From: Hypanus sabinus
Lineage: Eukaryota
Length of the DNA stretch: 64,000 bases
Direction of reading: 5' to 3'
NCBI RefSeq assembly: GCF_030144855.1
Contig: NC_082706.1
Location: forward strand, 13,020,001-13,084,000
This document shows positions 12,722-23,725 of this stretch, piece by piece. Each line of letters begins with the position of its first letter. Position 1 is the stretch's first letter. The notes under the pieces were generated by a model, which was given only the letters and a program-made list of their open reading frames with translations, was not told where the DNA came from and did not search any database. The translations under genes were made by a program, and so were the position numbers.

Positions 12722-12834
12722 TTTATTATATTTACCATTAGAAATGTACAGTAAGTAATCTTTCACAGATGTTTGACAAAATGTGCACATTTCAGAAACT
12801 GCACATTGAAGTGCCAAAGGCAATGAATTTTATT
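12722..12834 (-). terminator. Candidate polyadenylation signals of the hnRNP H3-like gene
   Basis: AATAAA on the minus strand at 12834-12829 and 12727-12722, about 1 kb after the stop codon, at the end of a repeat-free AU-rich 3' UTR. Confidence 0.55.
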
Positions 12835-13812
12835 TGTCAAACAATAGTAACCCAAAAAAGCACCTCTTGTAGAAAGGTACAAATATACAGTTCTCTTTTT
12901 AAAACTACATTGCTAACAATCAAAAAATGAATCAGGTTAAAATTCCAAGTGAACCAGACATATTAAAAAATTAACATAGCAACTGTTGGTAAAAACATTT
13001 GCTGAAATCCAAATGCTAAACACTGAAGAATCCACTGAAACAACTGGATGGGTGACAGCTCATATCTCAACACCTGCTCAATTTGAACATTAGAGCATTC
13101 AAGGAAGTCACAACTGGATGAAAGCCCTGCAATGGAATGGGCCAGGAGCTGCCCCATTTCAATCCAACTGAGTACCATGACTGCATGACTAGAGGATAAT
13201 GGAGACAAAAAATAAACAGGATGACAAGAAAAAAAAACAAACAGAACATGGAACAATACCGGCCAATACGGTAAAAAATAAACTTCCAAAGTCATGTTTA
13301 CTAAATGCTCATTATTGCAGCATAACAACACTGAGCAGATTAAACATTACAGTGGTTGAGCTTCTGGTTGTCTGCATGTAAAAAGACCATGAACCTCACC
13401 ACATATCAAATAGTATCCAAAGTGTAAGATTGTATACAATCACACAACTTGCTCCATTTGAATTTTTAAATGATCCAAGTTGGATTTAAAGTAACAAAGC
13501 AAGTTCAAAAGAAGCTTTGCATTAGATGTTTACTTTGATTTGCCACATTTACTCAAGTCAAAATTTCAAAAATTTCTCCCTTTCACTATCAGGTCAAATC
13601 CCGATGCTTCAAATTATGTTACCCAATATTGGGCAATATTTCAAGATTTTTTACACCAAAACCTGTAAAAAAAAATAAAAAGAACTGCAAAGTAGCTCTA
13701 TTAGTAAAAATATTACTGCTTGGAAGAAAACAGTGCTGCTGCATTGGTCATTCATTATGTGGCAGTCCTAGGGTTCTTGAAGCTTCTGATTCATAGCCCA
13801 ACCACTAACAGT

Positions 13813-13901
13813 TCACATTCTCCATCCAGTCATGTTTGCGTCCACGTTACCCATTCCCATGGTCTGATTGTTGGAATATCCTCCTGCCACAGCACCATAG
13901 C
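13813..13901 (-). CDS. hnRNP H3-like coding exon 11 (last; GYGAVAGGYSNNQTMGMGNVDANMTGWRM*)
   Basis: Acceptor TTACAG, phase 1, TGA at 13815-13813; the GWRM* end resembles the HNRNPH3 GWRGMY* end. Confidence 0.88.
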
Positions 13902-14111
13902 CTGTAATTTAAACAGCAAATCTTGTTTTAAAAGTATCAATTTCTTTGTCCGTAATTGTCATACTTGTTCAGCTTGATTTACACAATGCCCGCAAAAGTA
14001 GAGGGGTTATGAAATGTTCTGAAGTTAATTGTTTCATCCCTATTTAAGGTTTTATTATAACTGGCAGCCAATGACTCCCCAAAGCAGCGTTCAAGTCGGA
14101 ACTTCACTTAC

Positions 14112-14219
14112 CATATCCACGTGCATTTGCAGAATTTCCATAGCCCGCATAATTATTTCCCATGTTGCCATAGCTATTTCCCATACCCTGATCATTATGC
14201 CCATAGCCTCCTTGATTAC
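14112..14219 (-). CDS. hnRNP H3-like coding exon 10 (GNQGGYGHNDQGMGNSYGNMGNNYAGYGNSANARGY)
   Basis: 108 nt, CAG/GTAAGT, phase 1-1, GY-rich; NQGGYG..GMGNNY matches HNRNPH3. Confidence 0.9.
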
Positions 14220-15040
14220 CTGTCAGAAATAACAAGAAAAAATACACCTGATTATCCTCACCCTATCTTCAGTAGAGCAATCACCATTTAGCCGCTGATA
14301 CGCACGCCATTTAAACAGCAATGTCCCTGCATAAAGTTATTCTATTTGTGAGTACAATAAACAAATGCAAAAAATATCAAGTATTAGCTATCTCTACTGA
14401 AGACTTTCAGCATACCATGAAACACAGGAACAGAATTAAGCCATTCAGCCCACCAAGTGTACTCCACCATGACTGACTTATTTTCCCCAGTGTATAGTCT
14501 AACATAGTGGTCACCAACCTTTTTAAGCCCAAGATCCCCTACCTCAGCCTCAGTGAAAGGCAAGATCGACCTACTAAATCATTTAGAGAAAAAACAGCTG
14601 AGACTGTACTTCCAACTTGAGGCCCTTTATTTGGGCTAATTGTATTTTAATTACACAAGATACTTTTGTCAAATTCTCAAATTAATTCAACCAAGAAAAC
14701 ACTAACTAGCCTATCAAACAGGCCATAACGGCATCCAGCTCATCCAATAATGCCTTGCTGAAGTGCTTTTGCTCGAATCAAGTTTATCAGTTTGACCACC
14801 AGTGTCATTACATGAGAAAAGTCCAAGACCTTCCCAGCCAAGGTCTGCTGATGAATCACATGGTGATAATCCAGGAAGTCAGGAAAATCAGGATCATTAT
14901 GGCACAGTGCTATAAAAAACCAACGTGCACACGGCTCATTGCTGGGCATCAGTAGTAATTGCTACCAGTTTATGAATGGGGATGTCATTTTCACAGACTT
15001 TTTTTTTAAACTCATTGCAAATATCCTCACCTCTTGTTCT

Positions 15041-15667
15041 TATTGGAGCATAAAAGTTGCATTGTAACCAAAACTATGTAGTCAGCTTTGTGTTTACTAT
15101 GCATGTATCCAATTTAGTAGGAGAATGAAATCTTAAGAATGTAGAAGATAATGGTGTGTTAATGAGAGGTTAGCTAAGAGATGTAGATTATGTAGTCAGC
15201 TTTGTGTTTGCTATGCATGTATCCAATTTAGTAGAATGAAATCTTAAGAATGTAGTAGACAATGGTGTGTTAATGAGAGGTAGCTAAGAGATGTAGATGA
15301 TAATGGTGTGTAAATGAGGTAGCTAAGAGATGTAGATTATAATGGTGTGTTAATGAGAGGTAGCTAAAAGATGTAGATTATAATGGTGTGTTAATGAGAG
15401 GTAGCTAAGAGATGTAGATTAGAACATGATTAAGTTAGTGGGTAGAAACAATAGTGGCTGATGTACTTGTGATACACAACTGTAGATCGAATGGATATGC
15501 TAATGCAACTAAACCAGGAGATTGCTATAAAAAAATGCTATGTACAAGGTGGGCAATCAGCAACTAGCTCAATGACTGTCTCAGCTTTGATTTGCAAACT
15601 AAAGTTTAACCCTTCTTGAAGAATCTTGTGTCTCCTGGTCGGTTGTGGGGCAGGAGAAACCACGACA
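15041..15667 (+). mobile_element. Solo LTR nested in the hAT transposase
   Basis: 4-bp TSD TTCT (15037-15040 and 15668-15671) splits the LKER/TRGEDI coding sequence; ends in CA; TATAAAA near 15526; tandem repeats upstream of the TATA. Confidence 0.75.
15150..15421 (+). repeat. About 41-bp tandem repeat (about 5 copies) inside the LTR
   Basis: Unit AATGGTGTGTTAATGAGAGGTAGCTAAGAGATGTAGATTAT; the first copies belong to a duplicated unit of about 113 bp. Confidence 0.9.
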
Positions 15668-17513
15668 TTCTCTCTTTTAAGTGCAAAAGAGTGAGCAAGT
15701 CCTCCGCTGTAAAATCCTGGAAAGCCATTCTGACAAATACAATAAGCTGAGCTGTTTGCATTACATCCAGGGATTCATAGAGTGACAAGTCCTTTAACAC
15801 TTGTCGATCCACGTCCTTTGACCAGCATGTTTGATGGGCCTTCAACCCTGATTTCAGCTCCTCAACTTTCCTGGTATTGGTAAACTGTTACTGAGATACT
15901 AGTATAAGTTTCAGAGGTAAGCAAGCTAATGAGTCCACTGTTTTTGTTTCCCATTTCTTTTATATTTGGGGAATGCTGGAATTTAAAGGGGGAGAAGTGT
16001 TGTAATGTGAGCATTATAAAGTTAATACCAATTAGGACTGTGGCAATTTAGCAATACTCCTGCTATGGAAAGCTGTTTGTAAAGAGAAATTGTTTCCAGG
16101 GTTGCGGAGTTTTCCTTACAGGTTTTTCTGCCCGGTGTGCATTAGTGAAAACCTCTATGTGAATATCGTTTTACCGTCCTAGATAGAGTTGCTCCTTTTG
16201 GGCATGAAGTTGTCGAGTGGTCCTTTTCCAAAGTAGAAGTTACTACATATTTGCATCAACAGGTTTATCAGGGTGGGTGGGTGGGTGGGGGTGGGGGTGT
16301 GTCTGTGTCTGTGTGTGTGTTTACGAAGTCTCAAAGATCAACCGGTCGGCAACCACTAGTCTAACATATGCTGTTTCAGACAACACAGGACCCCTCCATC
16401 CTGTCCCTTTGGAAACTAGTCATCGTAGCATTTTTCAAACCTGGTTTAAGTTAAACATGACAAACTAACTTTCTTAAACACCTCTACAACCAAGTAAATC
16501 TTTAAAATGTATTGACAACTCAATAGCCCATTACACATCACCCACTGATTGAAAAAAAATGTTCAAACATGATAAAGGAAACCACCTTTCAAGTTTTCCA
16601 AGTGGCTCAGCACCTGGATCTCATTGTCCCTTTAAACTCATTGGTTTCAGTGTAAATTTACAAACAGCAGTATACAAGAGTACTATCAAAGTTTAGAAAA
16701 TCTACCAACAGAGCACAGCCCTGAGGGTGCTGGATTACTGTACTTTTACTGTCTGTCCTCTTAAAATTGACATCCTCAATTACTGAGACTGGTAATTTTA
16801 CTTCAAAAATTTAATTTTTATTAGAAAGAATTAATTTGAAAACTATGACAGAAATCATTTATGTTAAAAAGGAAGCTTGATGACAATAATACCATTTTAA
16901 TAGTCGACATTTCAGGCTGAGGCCATTCTTCAAGATCTGATGAAAGTTCTTGGCCCGAAATATCATTGTTTCCTCCCTTTTATAGGCACTGCCTGCCTGC
17001 CTGACCTGTTGAGCTTCTCCAGGCAATATGTGTGGATTTCCAGCATCTGCAAAAACTCACGTTTGCACTGCCTGCCTGCCTGACCTGTTGAGCTTCTCCA
17101 GCATTGTGTGTGGATTTCCAGCATCTGCAAAAACTCATGTTTATATTGGCCATGTCAATGAAATATACTTTAGCTATCATTTGTCATCTAAAGATTTAAG
17201 TACATTCGGTTAAAACCAGTAAAATAACTGTCCCATTCAAATTTGTGCCCAATTCTAATGCTTTTCAATTTTTTTTGCGTGTTCCTGTGCTTGAAACCTG
17301 CCAGTTTACTGTCTAGTGAAAAGAACTGACTGCCTCTAAATAATGTTAATAAGCTGACAATCTGAGAAAGTTGGCAGTGATCTCCAGACATCCATTTACA
17401 AATGTGCTAGTTGTCAGGACCACCTATCTAATGGACAGTTATTGAAAACCTTCACGTTTTACCAAATTAAGTTAAATGATGAAGTTAGAAATCAAGTCAA
17501 AACTGATAATCAC

Positions 17514-17621
17514 CTCCATATTGATCCATACCCATATCACCCATTCTATGTGCTCCATAGCCACCAAAGCCACTTCCCATATTGGCAGTGGAGTCGAGGA
17601 AAAGCTCAATATATCGATGCT
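17514..17621 (-). CDS. hnRNP H3-like coding exon 9 (QHRYIELFLDSTANMGSGFGGYGAHRMGDMGMDQYG); donor position ambiguous
   Basis: Acceptor TTTTTTCAG at 17622; end of qRRM3. Three phase-1 donors are possible (exon ends at 17541, 17532 or 17514). Confidence 0.85.
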
Positions 17622-17999
17622 CTGAAAAAAACAATTAATAATGCACAATTTCTCCTTACACAGCAGTTTCAGTATGAACAATGTGGTCAAAATTAATGAG
17701 CACAAATTTGAATATTAACATCTTACAATAGGTATTAGAAAAGTTGCAGTGGACCAAATACACAAAATAGAAACTAAAACTGAATCTACAAGGTACAGAT
17801 TTTACAACCAAAGAACCTAAAATCAGATATGCAGCACTAGTCTAATTTTCATTAATAAACCTTAGATGATAGGTTATATAGATTAAAGGCTGCTGCTCAA
17901 GATAGTATGTCCAAGTTGATGTTGATCACATTTAAGCACAATATACCTTTGATAACGTTTGATCAGATATGCACTTACAGAACTAGACAAATTACTCAC

Positions 18000-18135
18000 G
18001 CATATGTGCTTTGTCTTTAGACATGGCTGCAACAGCATCTTCATGAGTAGCAAACTCAACATCAGCTTCTCCAGTCAGGCGCCCATCTGAGCCATATTCA
18101 AAGTTGATCTTTACAGGAATCAGTGGTGAAAAGAA
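18000..18135 (-). CDS. hnRNP H3-like coding exon 8 ([45 protein letters not shown])
   Basis: 136 nt, TAG/GTGAGT, qRRM3 core. Confidence 0.96.
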
Positions 18136-18192
18136 CTATTGGGAAATAGAAGTGATAATTGTCAACAAGCAATGGTTACTCCCACCCACGAC

Positions 18193-18930
18193 AGAACATA
18201 ATATAAATGGCAAGACTCTTGACGGTGTGGAGGATCTGAGCAATCTTGGGGTCCATGTTGACAGGACACTAAAAACTGCTGCACAGGTTGACAGTGTTGT
18301 TAAGGCGGTGTATGGTGTATTGGCATTCATCAACTGTGGGATTGAGTTCAAGAGCCGTGAGGTAATGTTACAGTACTTTAAGACCTTGGTCAGACCCCAC
18401 TTGGGAGTACTGTGTTCAGTTCTAGTCACCTCACTACAAGCAAGATGTGGATACTATAAAGAGTGCAGAGAAGATTTACAAGGATGTTGCCTGGTTTGGA
18501 GGGCGAACCTTATGAGAATAGTTTGAATGTACTTGGCCGTTTCTTCTTGGAGCAACAAAGGATGAGAATTGACCTGATCAAGGTGCATACGAGGGGCATT
18601 GATAGTGTGGATAGCCAGAATCTTTTTCCCAGGGCTGAAATGGTTAACATGAGGGGGCATAGTTTAAGGTGCTTGGAAACAGGTACCGAGGGGATGTCAA
18701 GGAAAAGTTTTTCACCAAAATAGTGGTGGGTGCGTGGAATGCACTGCCAGCAGCAGTGGTGGAAGTGGATTCAATAGTCTGTTAAGAGCCTCTTAGATAC
18801 GTACATGGAGCTTAGAAAAATAGAGGGCTATGCTCTAGGGAAATTCTAAGTAGTCTCCGGAATAGGTTACATGGTCGGCATAACATTATGGGCCGAAGGG
18901 CCTGCAATGTGCTGTAAATTTCAATGTTCT
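18193..18930 (+). mobile_element. CR1-type LINE 3' fragment, intronic, antisense to the host gene
   Basis: Frames read LGVHVDRTLK, FKTLVRPHL and QRRFTRMLPGLE, followed by the family tail. Confidence 0.9.
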
Positions 18931-18934
18931 AAGT

Positions 18935-19097
18935 CAGTGATCCCCAACCACCGTTCTAAGTTAAAGGAAATCATTCTTACCATCAATGCTCAAGGAACTG
19001 GGGCCATCACCACTCCAAAGCATGTGCTACCGGGCTGCATCATTTCCTCGCGGCCCAGTAGCATATGCTTTGCTGCCCTGGTGGTTGGGGACCACTA
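18935..19097. mobile_element. hAT MITE containing a copy of its own right flank
   Basis: TIRs CAGTGATCCCCAACCAC / GTGGTTGGGGACCACTA; 8-bp TSD TTCTAAGT (18927-18934 and 19098-19105). Confidence 0.8.
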
Positions 19098-19496
19098 TTC
19101 TAAGTTAAAGGAAATCATTCTCATCACCAGTGCTCAAGGAACTGGTGCCAATATAGAGTATAGCCAGTTAACATTCTTAGCCAAGCATAAAACAATACAA
19201 TACTTCAAAACTCAACTTAAGAGCTAACCAATTTACATATCAGTGCTAAATAGAGTCATGTTCTGAGTTGTGGCTGCTTGACATGACAAGAGCTTCCACC
19301 AAAATTCAGCTTGAGTTGTTTCAGATGAAAACTTAGTTTTAGTGCTTCTTTTCTACTTTTTTTTGTTTAAGAAAGTCACAGGTGTATCTATTTGGGAAAT
19401 AAAACACTCAGATAACAAAGGTAATGAGACCCTTCCTGATCATTTCAAATTTAGGTTAAATTTAGTGAGGAATACAATTCTCAAAATTCCACTTAC

Positions 19497-19618
19497 ATCA
19501 GCAACATCACTTTCTGTAGCTCTAAATGGTAATCCTCTCATGTGTACATAATGACCTGCACCATTCTGATAAAGTGGGCTGGCATCTCCTGCTCCACCAT
19601 AACCACGGTTACCCATCC
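19497..19618 (-). CDS. hnRNP H3-like coding exon 7 ([41 protein letters not shown])
   Basis: 122 nt, CAG/GTAAGT; GYGGAGDAS and [10 protein letters not shown] are HNRNPH3-type. Confidence 0.95.
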
Positions 19619-20228
19619 CTGTAAATTTTCAACATTGATAGAAACATGAGGGACTAAACCCAGGATGTAAAGCAAACAAATTTAACATATAATGCAACAA
19701 ATTAAAAGTACAAATCAAATAATCAATTATATCTATGCAGGTCTCCAGAGAGGAGCGTTTCCATCATGCTACAGGGCCGGTACTGTGTTATACTGTTTTA
19801 AATTTCTTTAAGACCCTTAGAGTAATGAACTAATTTATTCTTTGAAAGAACTTTTCATAAAGCCCAAAATTTAAAAAAAACAATGCAAGTTTCACTTTGG
19901 GGTAATCTAGTATGACGCAACTCGTAGAGCTGCTGCCATTGCATCACCCCCAGCTCCAGCAATCCTAACTTCCTTTCTCATTCAATGCTTTGCTTTCACA
20001 ATGCAAAGGCAAGCCAGTTGGTAGGTTCTTTTGGCCAGTTGTAAATTGCCACTCTTATGGAGTAGTTGCAGATGGAGAATAACACAGGATTATAAATAAT
20101 GGCTACTGTGGGCTAAAAGACCAATTCCCATCCCATGGTATATGCTATAACTCCCCGTTCATATAGCTTTATATAACTATATGCTTCAATGTACCTACTA
20201 GGGAAAAAAGCCAAACTGAGTTTCATAC

Positions 20229-20339
20229 CTCTATCCATCATTCCAACTCCTCTCATATTGTGTCCAAATCCATCACGTCCATAACCATAGCCATAAGCAT
20301 AACCATCATTATAACCATAGTCCTCAAAATTGCCATAAC
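20229..20339 (-). CDS. hnRNP H3-like coding exon 6 (GYGNFEDYGYNDGYAYGYGYGRDGFGHNMRGVGMMDR)
   Basis: 111 nt, TAG/GTATGA, phase 1-1, GYR domain. Confidence 0.92.
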
Positions 20340-20592
20340 CTAGAATAAAAGGAACATTTTACAATATGACCTAAAAATAAGTTGTGGAACTAAAAGTCCT
20401 TTAAGATATTACTGAAAACCTGTGAGTGGTGAAGACCCAATTAGAGAGCATCTTGTTTGCCTAGACACAAACAGCACATGAATTCTAGAGGCACAAGCTA
20501 ACAGGAGTAAATTCACACAAAATGAAACTCATGCCGATTGATAATTAACACAGCATTAATTTGTAACATACCGAATAAAAAAAATCACTTAC

Positions 20593-20780
20593 CACCACCA
20601 TATACAGAGCCCCGCCGTGTACGGTCATACATGTCTCCTCTCATCGGACCTGGACCACCATAGCCACTTCTTCCACCCATTGGTCGGTCATAGGGCCCTG
20701 GACGTTGTCCCATAAACCTTCTTGGAGGATCCTGATAAGTTCGAATCTCCCCTCTACTGCTTCTGAAGATTTCAATATAC
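20593..20780 (-). CDS. hnRNP H3-like coding exon 5 (RYIEIFRSS ... QRPGPYDRP ..., PY-NLS)
   Basis: 188 nt, CAG/GTAAGT; end of qRRM2 and the RPGPY nuclear localisation motif. Confidence 0.96.
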
Positions 20781-21603
20781 CTGAACAGCCACAATTAATA
20801 TTATTAGCTTGGGATTATGACATCTTAAAAACTGAGTTACAATGTTAATGGCACAACTGTGGATTTCTCTGGTGAAAAGAATCACAAAACTCCCATTGTT
20901 CATTTTTGGCTACATTGCCCTAACCCACTTTTAAACTGACAATAAATCACAACTACAAAATATTCTCAATGTGCACACTTAACATTAGAAAAAAAAATCT
21001 TGTCCCCAATTCAAGTGGATAGTCCTTGTCATTCTTCATTACAGAAACCATCTAGAACGTCGTACCAACATGGTTCAAGATAAAGTATACTTGACTCCCA
21101 GTTTGTGGCATTACTATACTTTCAGATTGTGCGTGATAAACTAATGGCACTTAGCATTAGTTAACAGAAGTTATGAAATTTTTAAAAAGGTGCTCATCAT
21201 TTACAACATTCAAGTGGAAATAAGAGATCTTGGAACATTCAAGATCAGTAACAGACTTGTTAATTAGAAGGAAAGTGAAAACATGGTTAACTTTTCACCA
21301 GAGCAATCAATCTACTTTGTCTTAGCATGGTTAATATTTATATTGAATAAATACAATAGCCATAAAAATAGCTGATTTCCTTTAACAATAAATCTATTAG
21401 ATTAAATGTCTGACTTGTTACAACACATTGGAACCAAGGGAGTGAATAGCTAAATTGAAAATTAGAGGTGGATTTAAGAGGCATGTGTGCTCTTAAAGAC
21501 AGAAGAAGAAATCCACTCAAGGTTAATGAAAGTCACACAAGTGAAGGCCATTAAGCACTCTTCACCACTTAATATGATTATGGCTGCTCTGATGATTGTC
21601 CAC

Positions 21604-22012
21604 TAGTGGTCGCCAACCCGTCGATCACGATTAACTAGTCCATCTTTGAGACTTTCCCAGTAGATCCCGAAAAAAAGAAAATACACTGAGAGCCGTGAAA
21701 ACTAAATTGCAGAATAGACTGGACATGAGGAATCTGCTTCGAGTATCGCTGTATTCCCATCTTGTTTAACACCCCACCCCCCCGTCAGCCGGTCAGCAAG
21801 AATATTGTCAATATTAAACCAGTCTGCAGTGCAAAAAAAGGGTAGGCACCCCTGGTGTTTATACATTATTTCTACTTCTGGATTGCAGGGTTTTACTTAT
21901 GGTCTTTTCTGCCGCGGTGCGCATGTGTGTAACTAATTGATCTGGGGTCGATCTTGCCTTTTATTAAGGCCAAGGTAGGGGATCTTGGGCTTAAAAAGGT
22001 TGGTGACCACTA
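21604..22012 (+). mobile_element. hAT MITE, same family as 14505-16358, opposite orientation
   Basis: TIRs TAGTGGTCGCCAACC / GGTTGGTGACCACTA; TSD TTGTCCAC / CTGTCCAC; shares terminal sequence with the longer copy. Confidence 0.88.
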
Positions 22013-23586
22013 CTGTCCACTTTACTAACCAACTCCAACAATCTTTAGTTCTGTGGTTCAACAAACTCTTGTTTTTGAATGTCTGTCTATAAACTGTTGG
22101 AAAGCATTCCCAAAGAATTTGTCAGTTTAGTGGTCCTTCCACCCCACCCCAAGACCATTCCAGCAAACCCTACATTGCCTCGTTGAGGTATTATCTTTAC
22201 ACCTATTGTGCTAAGGCATCCAGAAATAACAAGATCACCTTGCATTCATCTAAATGTGAGTGTACAGGCCAAGTTTACAGTTTTCCTCCTAAGACAACAC
22301 CCTTTGTCTTGTGAATCAACCGAAATGAACCATCTTTTCCACCATCTTCAAGGTAACTGCATCTGCAAGGACATAAAAGCTCACTGGCAACGCTTCCCTA
22401 CTTTTGTTCTATATGGCTGTTGTGATAGACATTTCATGAATAAACAAGATGCACTTAAAACCAAAGAGAGCAAGTATATTCTCCAATGGTATTGTAGCCA
22501 ATTTCAAATTGCAAGTTAGAAATCTGGGAGCAATTCATCAGCTGGACATTCAGAAAAATCTTAAGTCAATTAATCTTAAGTTAAAAGGTCAGCATAACAT
22601 CATGGGCTGAAGGGGCTGTACTGTGCTGAAATGCTCCATGTCCTAACACTACTCTCCATAGATGCATTGCAAGATCAGCTACACTCAAACTGACGGCTGC
22701 AGATAAGGCTGTTGTGTTGTTTCTAATAAGCCTCAACTGTTCAGAGTTCTACTCAAATTTTAAAAATCATTATGAAAATTTCACGTCCCTCTCTAAAAAT
22801 ATGAATGTTAATGTTGTGACCAATTTAGTTTGGCCACAAACAAAACAGGCCTAGCAACACTAATGTGATGAGACTCCCAAGTTGTGTTAAGCACCAAGTC
22901 AGACATTTTGCTTCAAACAAAGCTTAGTGCAAGGTTGCGAAGTACACATAAGGAAATGTGACGAATTTCATCAATTGGGCATTAGCACCGACGCTTAAGT
23001 ACAAATTCAAAAACTGATTTCAATCCAATGAAACATTGCATTCTCCAGTTGAATTGAATGCAAATCAGCAAGCTGTCTAGTCATCACCTTCCCATAGGTT
23101 AAATGATGACTGAAGCCTGCAGTGCTGTGCGTTTCATGCACTAAAATGAGAAAACAGAAGTTTTGCAATGTCATAATGGTTTGTAAATGTTACAAAAAAT
23201 GTAATTTTATATAATTTAGTTAATCCAAATGTAACAAAATTATTTAAAAATCAAATCAAATTTAAACAATTGAAATTTTAGTGTTCATATCTATGATAAT
23301 CCTAAACTGTAGAGCCCTCTGGATTTCTGAAATTATACAAGTTTAATATTGAAAATTAAAAATACACAAGTATAAATTCTGGCAGATTACATTTACCATT
23401 AACTTTCAACTCTGAGGGACCTACAGTTTAGGACATCTTTACACAATTCAGAAAAATCAGTTGAGTCCCACTGTTTTCCAAAGGCATGTGGGTGGTTTCA
23501 CTATTTTCTCTTCAAGAATGAATGAATTCTGTAACCTGAACAAGTGGGCTTAAAGACATATCAGCCACCCTTCCGTCCATCCCCAC

Positions 23587-23725
23587 CTGTGCCCTATTCT
23601 TTCCTTGTGTTTCCCCAGTGCTTTTTCAGCTATCTCCTTTGATGCAAACTGCACGAAGGCTTCCCCCGTGCTTCTCCCCTGGTAGTCCACCGGCAATGTT
23701 ATCCCATTTGGCACGATTTCCAACC
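23587..23725 (-). CDS. hnRNP H3-like coding exon 4, the 139-nt autoregulated exon ([47 protein letters not shown])
   Basis: Atypical acceptor CCTTGGGTTGAAG and donor AG|GTGGGG; 139 nt, so skipping shifts the frame; qRRM2 core. Confidence 0.97.

Larger units (their letters stand above)
14505..16358 (-). mobile_element. hAT (Charlie/Buster/SPIN-like) DNA transposon, internally deleted
   Basis: Exact 8-bp TSD GTCTAACA (14497-14504 and 16359-16366); 15-bp TIRs TAGTGGTCACCAACC / TAGTGGTTGCCGACC; transposase remnants AQLIVFVRM, HLKERTRGEDI and VMTLVVKLINLIRAKALQ on the minus strand. Confidence 0.9.

Noticed and set aside
15150-15421. Regularly spaced repeats resembling a CRISPR array
   Set aside because: Head-to-tail tandem units without unique spacers, inside an LTR in vertebrate DNA, with no cas genes.
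23079-23111. Intronic C/D box snoRNA (RTGATGA motifs on both strands)
   Set aside because: No CTGA D box at a suitable distance with a terminal stem on the host strand; better explained as a hairpin over a splice donor.
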